Origin: a virus
Taxonomy: Duplodnaviria; Caudoviricetes
IMG/VR virus record: IMGVR_UViG_3300044454_000244
Location: 1 to 25,262 of that record
Reading direction: 5' to 3' (one strand)
DNA: 25,262 bases
Under the pieces are notes generated by a model that did not search any database, was not told where the DNA came from, and saw only the letters and a list, made by a program, of their open reading frames with translations. Each line of letters starts with the position of its first letter. The first letter of the stretch is position 1. Both the position numbers and the translations under genes were made by a program. Positions 24,027 through 25,262 of this stretch are shown here, piece by piece.

Positions 24027-24276
24027 CGTCGCCAAGGGCCCCCCCTCCCCCCGTGAAAAACTCACGCGAGAAGGATCGTCGCCGTTAATCGCTCCACCAT
24101 GAACGCCTGCGCGTTCCCCCGGCCGTGGAGTCAAGGCCAGCCGCTCGAACGTTTGTGCTTGCGCACGGGAATTGCACCCCGTCGAGTACCGATTCACAGC
24201 CTCGGTTGGACTGGTCTTTTCTGCCGGGCGGGCGATGCAACCCCACGGACTCTGAGCGCGGCGGGCTCGGCTCGCG
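24027..24276 (-). ncRNA. Candidate highly structured ~250-nt RNA ending in a G6AG7 tract
   Basis: About twelve nested helices found by hand, many needing G-U pairs that form only on the minus strand; GCAA loops. It fills almost the whole gap between the TAA at 24277 and the ATG at 24016. Confidence 0.7.
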
Positions 24277-24441
24277 TTAGGTCATGGGTGCCTTCCAGTT
24301 GAGTACGGGGGCCACGATCGGCTTCCGCTTGAGGGAGGCCATCGATCTCGCCTTGGCCTTGCCGCCGCTGGAGTGGTGGCGGTGGAGGACCACCGACTGG
24401 CCGGGGCCCTTCCTCCCCTTGAAGTTCACCGGAGCAGTCAT
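24277..24441 (-). CDS. Small basic protein, 54 aa
   Basis: ATG 24441 overlaps the upstream stop (ATGA): MTAPVNFKGRKGPG...GGKAKARSMASLKRKP...WKAPMT. Confidence 0.55.
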   Translation of the reverse strand: MTAPVNFKGRKGPGQSVVLHRHHSSGGKAKARSMASLKRKPIVAPVLNWKAPMT

Positions 24442-24899
24442 GCGTGGAACTCGGACCCGAGCACAGCCCGAGCCCACAGGAGAATGTGCTGCGGCACGTA
24501 GTGGCCAAAACGGTGGCGATCGCGCTGCCTCATGGCCAGGGTGCGCGGAGAAATTGGTGGGCGATTGCCCATGCGTTCGAACAGTTCGACCAGCTGGCGC
24601 GCTATGTCATCCGGCATCGGTACGCCCCCTGCGGGGTCGGCCTCGCGCGTCTCGGCCTGCTGTGCGCGTCGCCGTGCGGCATACGCATCGCTGGCGCGCG
24701 TGACAATTTCGTCGATCGTCGGCATGCCCTTGGCCGTTGCCATCCAGTGCTCGAAGGCGTCGACCACGACATCGATGGGCAGCGCCTTGCATTTGCGCAG
24801 CCAGACCTTGACCGCAAGCTCGCTCGGAGCCTTGCGTCCGAAGAAGCTCGCGCATTCGGTGAGCGCGCCCTCGAGCGCGCGGATGTCGTAGATATTCAT
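24438..24899 (-). CDS. Putative helicase loader/inhibitor-like replication protein (lambda P position), 153 aa
   Basis: VW...LP...VVDAF..W....GMPTIDEI pattern resembling phage loader N-domains; coupled to the upstream replication gene. Confidence 0.6.
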   Translation of the reverse strand: MNIYDIRALEGALTECASFFGRKAPSELAVKVWLRKCKALPIDVVVDAFEHWMATAKGMPTIDEIVTRASDAYAARRRAQQAETREADPAGGVPMPDDIARQLVELFERMGNRPPISPRTLAMRQRDRHRFGHYVPQHILLWARAVLGSEFHA

Positions 24900-25216
24900 G
24901 CGAATGCCTCGGCGAGGCGGGCGAGGCGTGCTTCGGCATCCGCGCCAAAGCCGGGGAGCTCGTCCTCCCAGCGCCGACCGTTGAGCCAGGTCGAGGCATG
25001 CGGGATGCGCTCTGGATCACGCTCCGCCTGCCGCCAATAATTCACGTGAGCCTCGATGGCGGCGAGTGCCAGGGCGCGTTCCGGTGGCGGCAACTTGCGC
25101 CAGGCCTTGATGGCAGCCATGCGCGCAACCCGCCGCGGATAGAGCTTCCAGAAGGATTCGAACTCCGCTGGCGCCGGTTGGCGCACGCCAGGGAACAAGC
25201 GAACCTGAGCCGTCAC
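24896..25216 (-). CDS. Short replication protein resembling the C-terminal domain of phage initiators, 106 aa
   Basis: FESFWKLYPRRV.R..A.KAW.KL and IPHASTWLNGRRWEDE motifs; GTG start with AGGAGG SD and a GTGA overlap. Confidence 0.75.
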   Translation of the reverse strand: MTAQVRLFPGVRQPAPAEFESFWKLYPRRVARMAAIKAWRKLPPPERALALAAIEAHVNYWRQAERDPERIPHASTWLNGRRWEDELPGFGADAEARLARLAEAFA

Positions 25217-25262
25217 GCCACCTCCTGAAGTCGCATTGCGTCGATTCGATGGACTACGGGAT
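25213..25262 (-). CDS. 3' end of an upstream gene (partial)
   Basis: Open frame ...PVVHRIDAMRLQEVA* whose TGA overlaps the next GTG; only 50 nt are visible. Confidence 0.4.
   Translation of the reverse strand, partial: PVVHRIDAMRLQEVA

Larger units (their letters stand above)
1..25262 (-). mobile_element. Lambda-like siphovirus genome segment (prophage or circularised phage), replication through tail tip
   Basis: Co-oriented terminase, portal, protease-capsid, tail tube, chaperone, tape measure and tail tip genes, many with ATGA/TGATG overlaps. The sequence runs through an intact cos site. No boundaries are visible. Confidence 0.97.

Noticed and set aside
24027-24276. Group I/II intron, tmRNA or tRNA assignment for the structured region
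   Set aside because: No recognisable catalytic-core motifs, domain V or tRNA-like ends by eye; needs cmscan.
23946-24508. ORFs 23946-24197 and 24194-24508, which share a GTGA overlap
   Set aside because: No motifs, and both overlap better-supported genes by about 70 nt or more. The region is better explained by the RNA structure, though short translated products are not excluded.
131-25228. Many long plus-strand ORFs (e.g. 6268-7800, 8258-9775, 11315-12628, 12797-13900)
   Set aside because: Antisense shadows of GC-rich minus-strand genes; Arg/Gly/His-biased, with no motifs or coupling.
1-25262. CRISPR array, IS element, att site or gene transfer agent
   Set aside because: No spaced direct repeats, transposase or integrase. 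Replication genes, a Q-like gene and cos indicate a true phage rather than a GTA.

Overview
The whole window is one GC-rich tailed phage or prophage segment with a lambda-like siphovirus layout, and all credible genes are on the minus strand. Right to left it contains: a minimal replication region, a Q-like late regulator with a terminator-bearing leader, a gpZ-like gene, a lambda-type cos site, TerS, gpA-type TerL, accessory cassette A (6 genes), head-tail adaptor, lambda-family portal, accessory cassette B (4 genes), protease-capsid fusion, methyltransferase-GT9 fusion, head closure, tail terminator, tail tube, tail chaperone with a -1 frameshift, tape measure, Dit, hub, NlpC-like protein and a partial tail tip protein. 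No integrase, lysis gene or host gene is visible. Three observations stand out. (1) A ~250-nt intergenic region (24027-24276) folds by hand into one closed multi-branched RNA with GCAA loops and a G6AG7 tract, just downstream of an unusually short replication protein; it is a candidate RNA/R-loop-based origin. (2) Four accessory proteins share a 20-aa repeat, suggesting a modular head-fibre system. (3) A methyltransferase-glycosyltransferase fusion lies directly after the capsid gene, preceded by a small three-way-junction RNA. All family calls are motif recognition by eye, without database searches.
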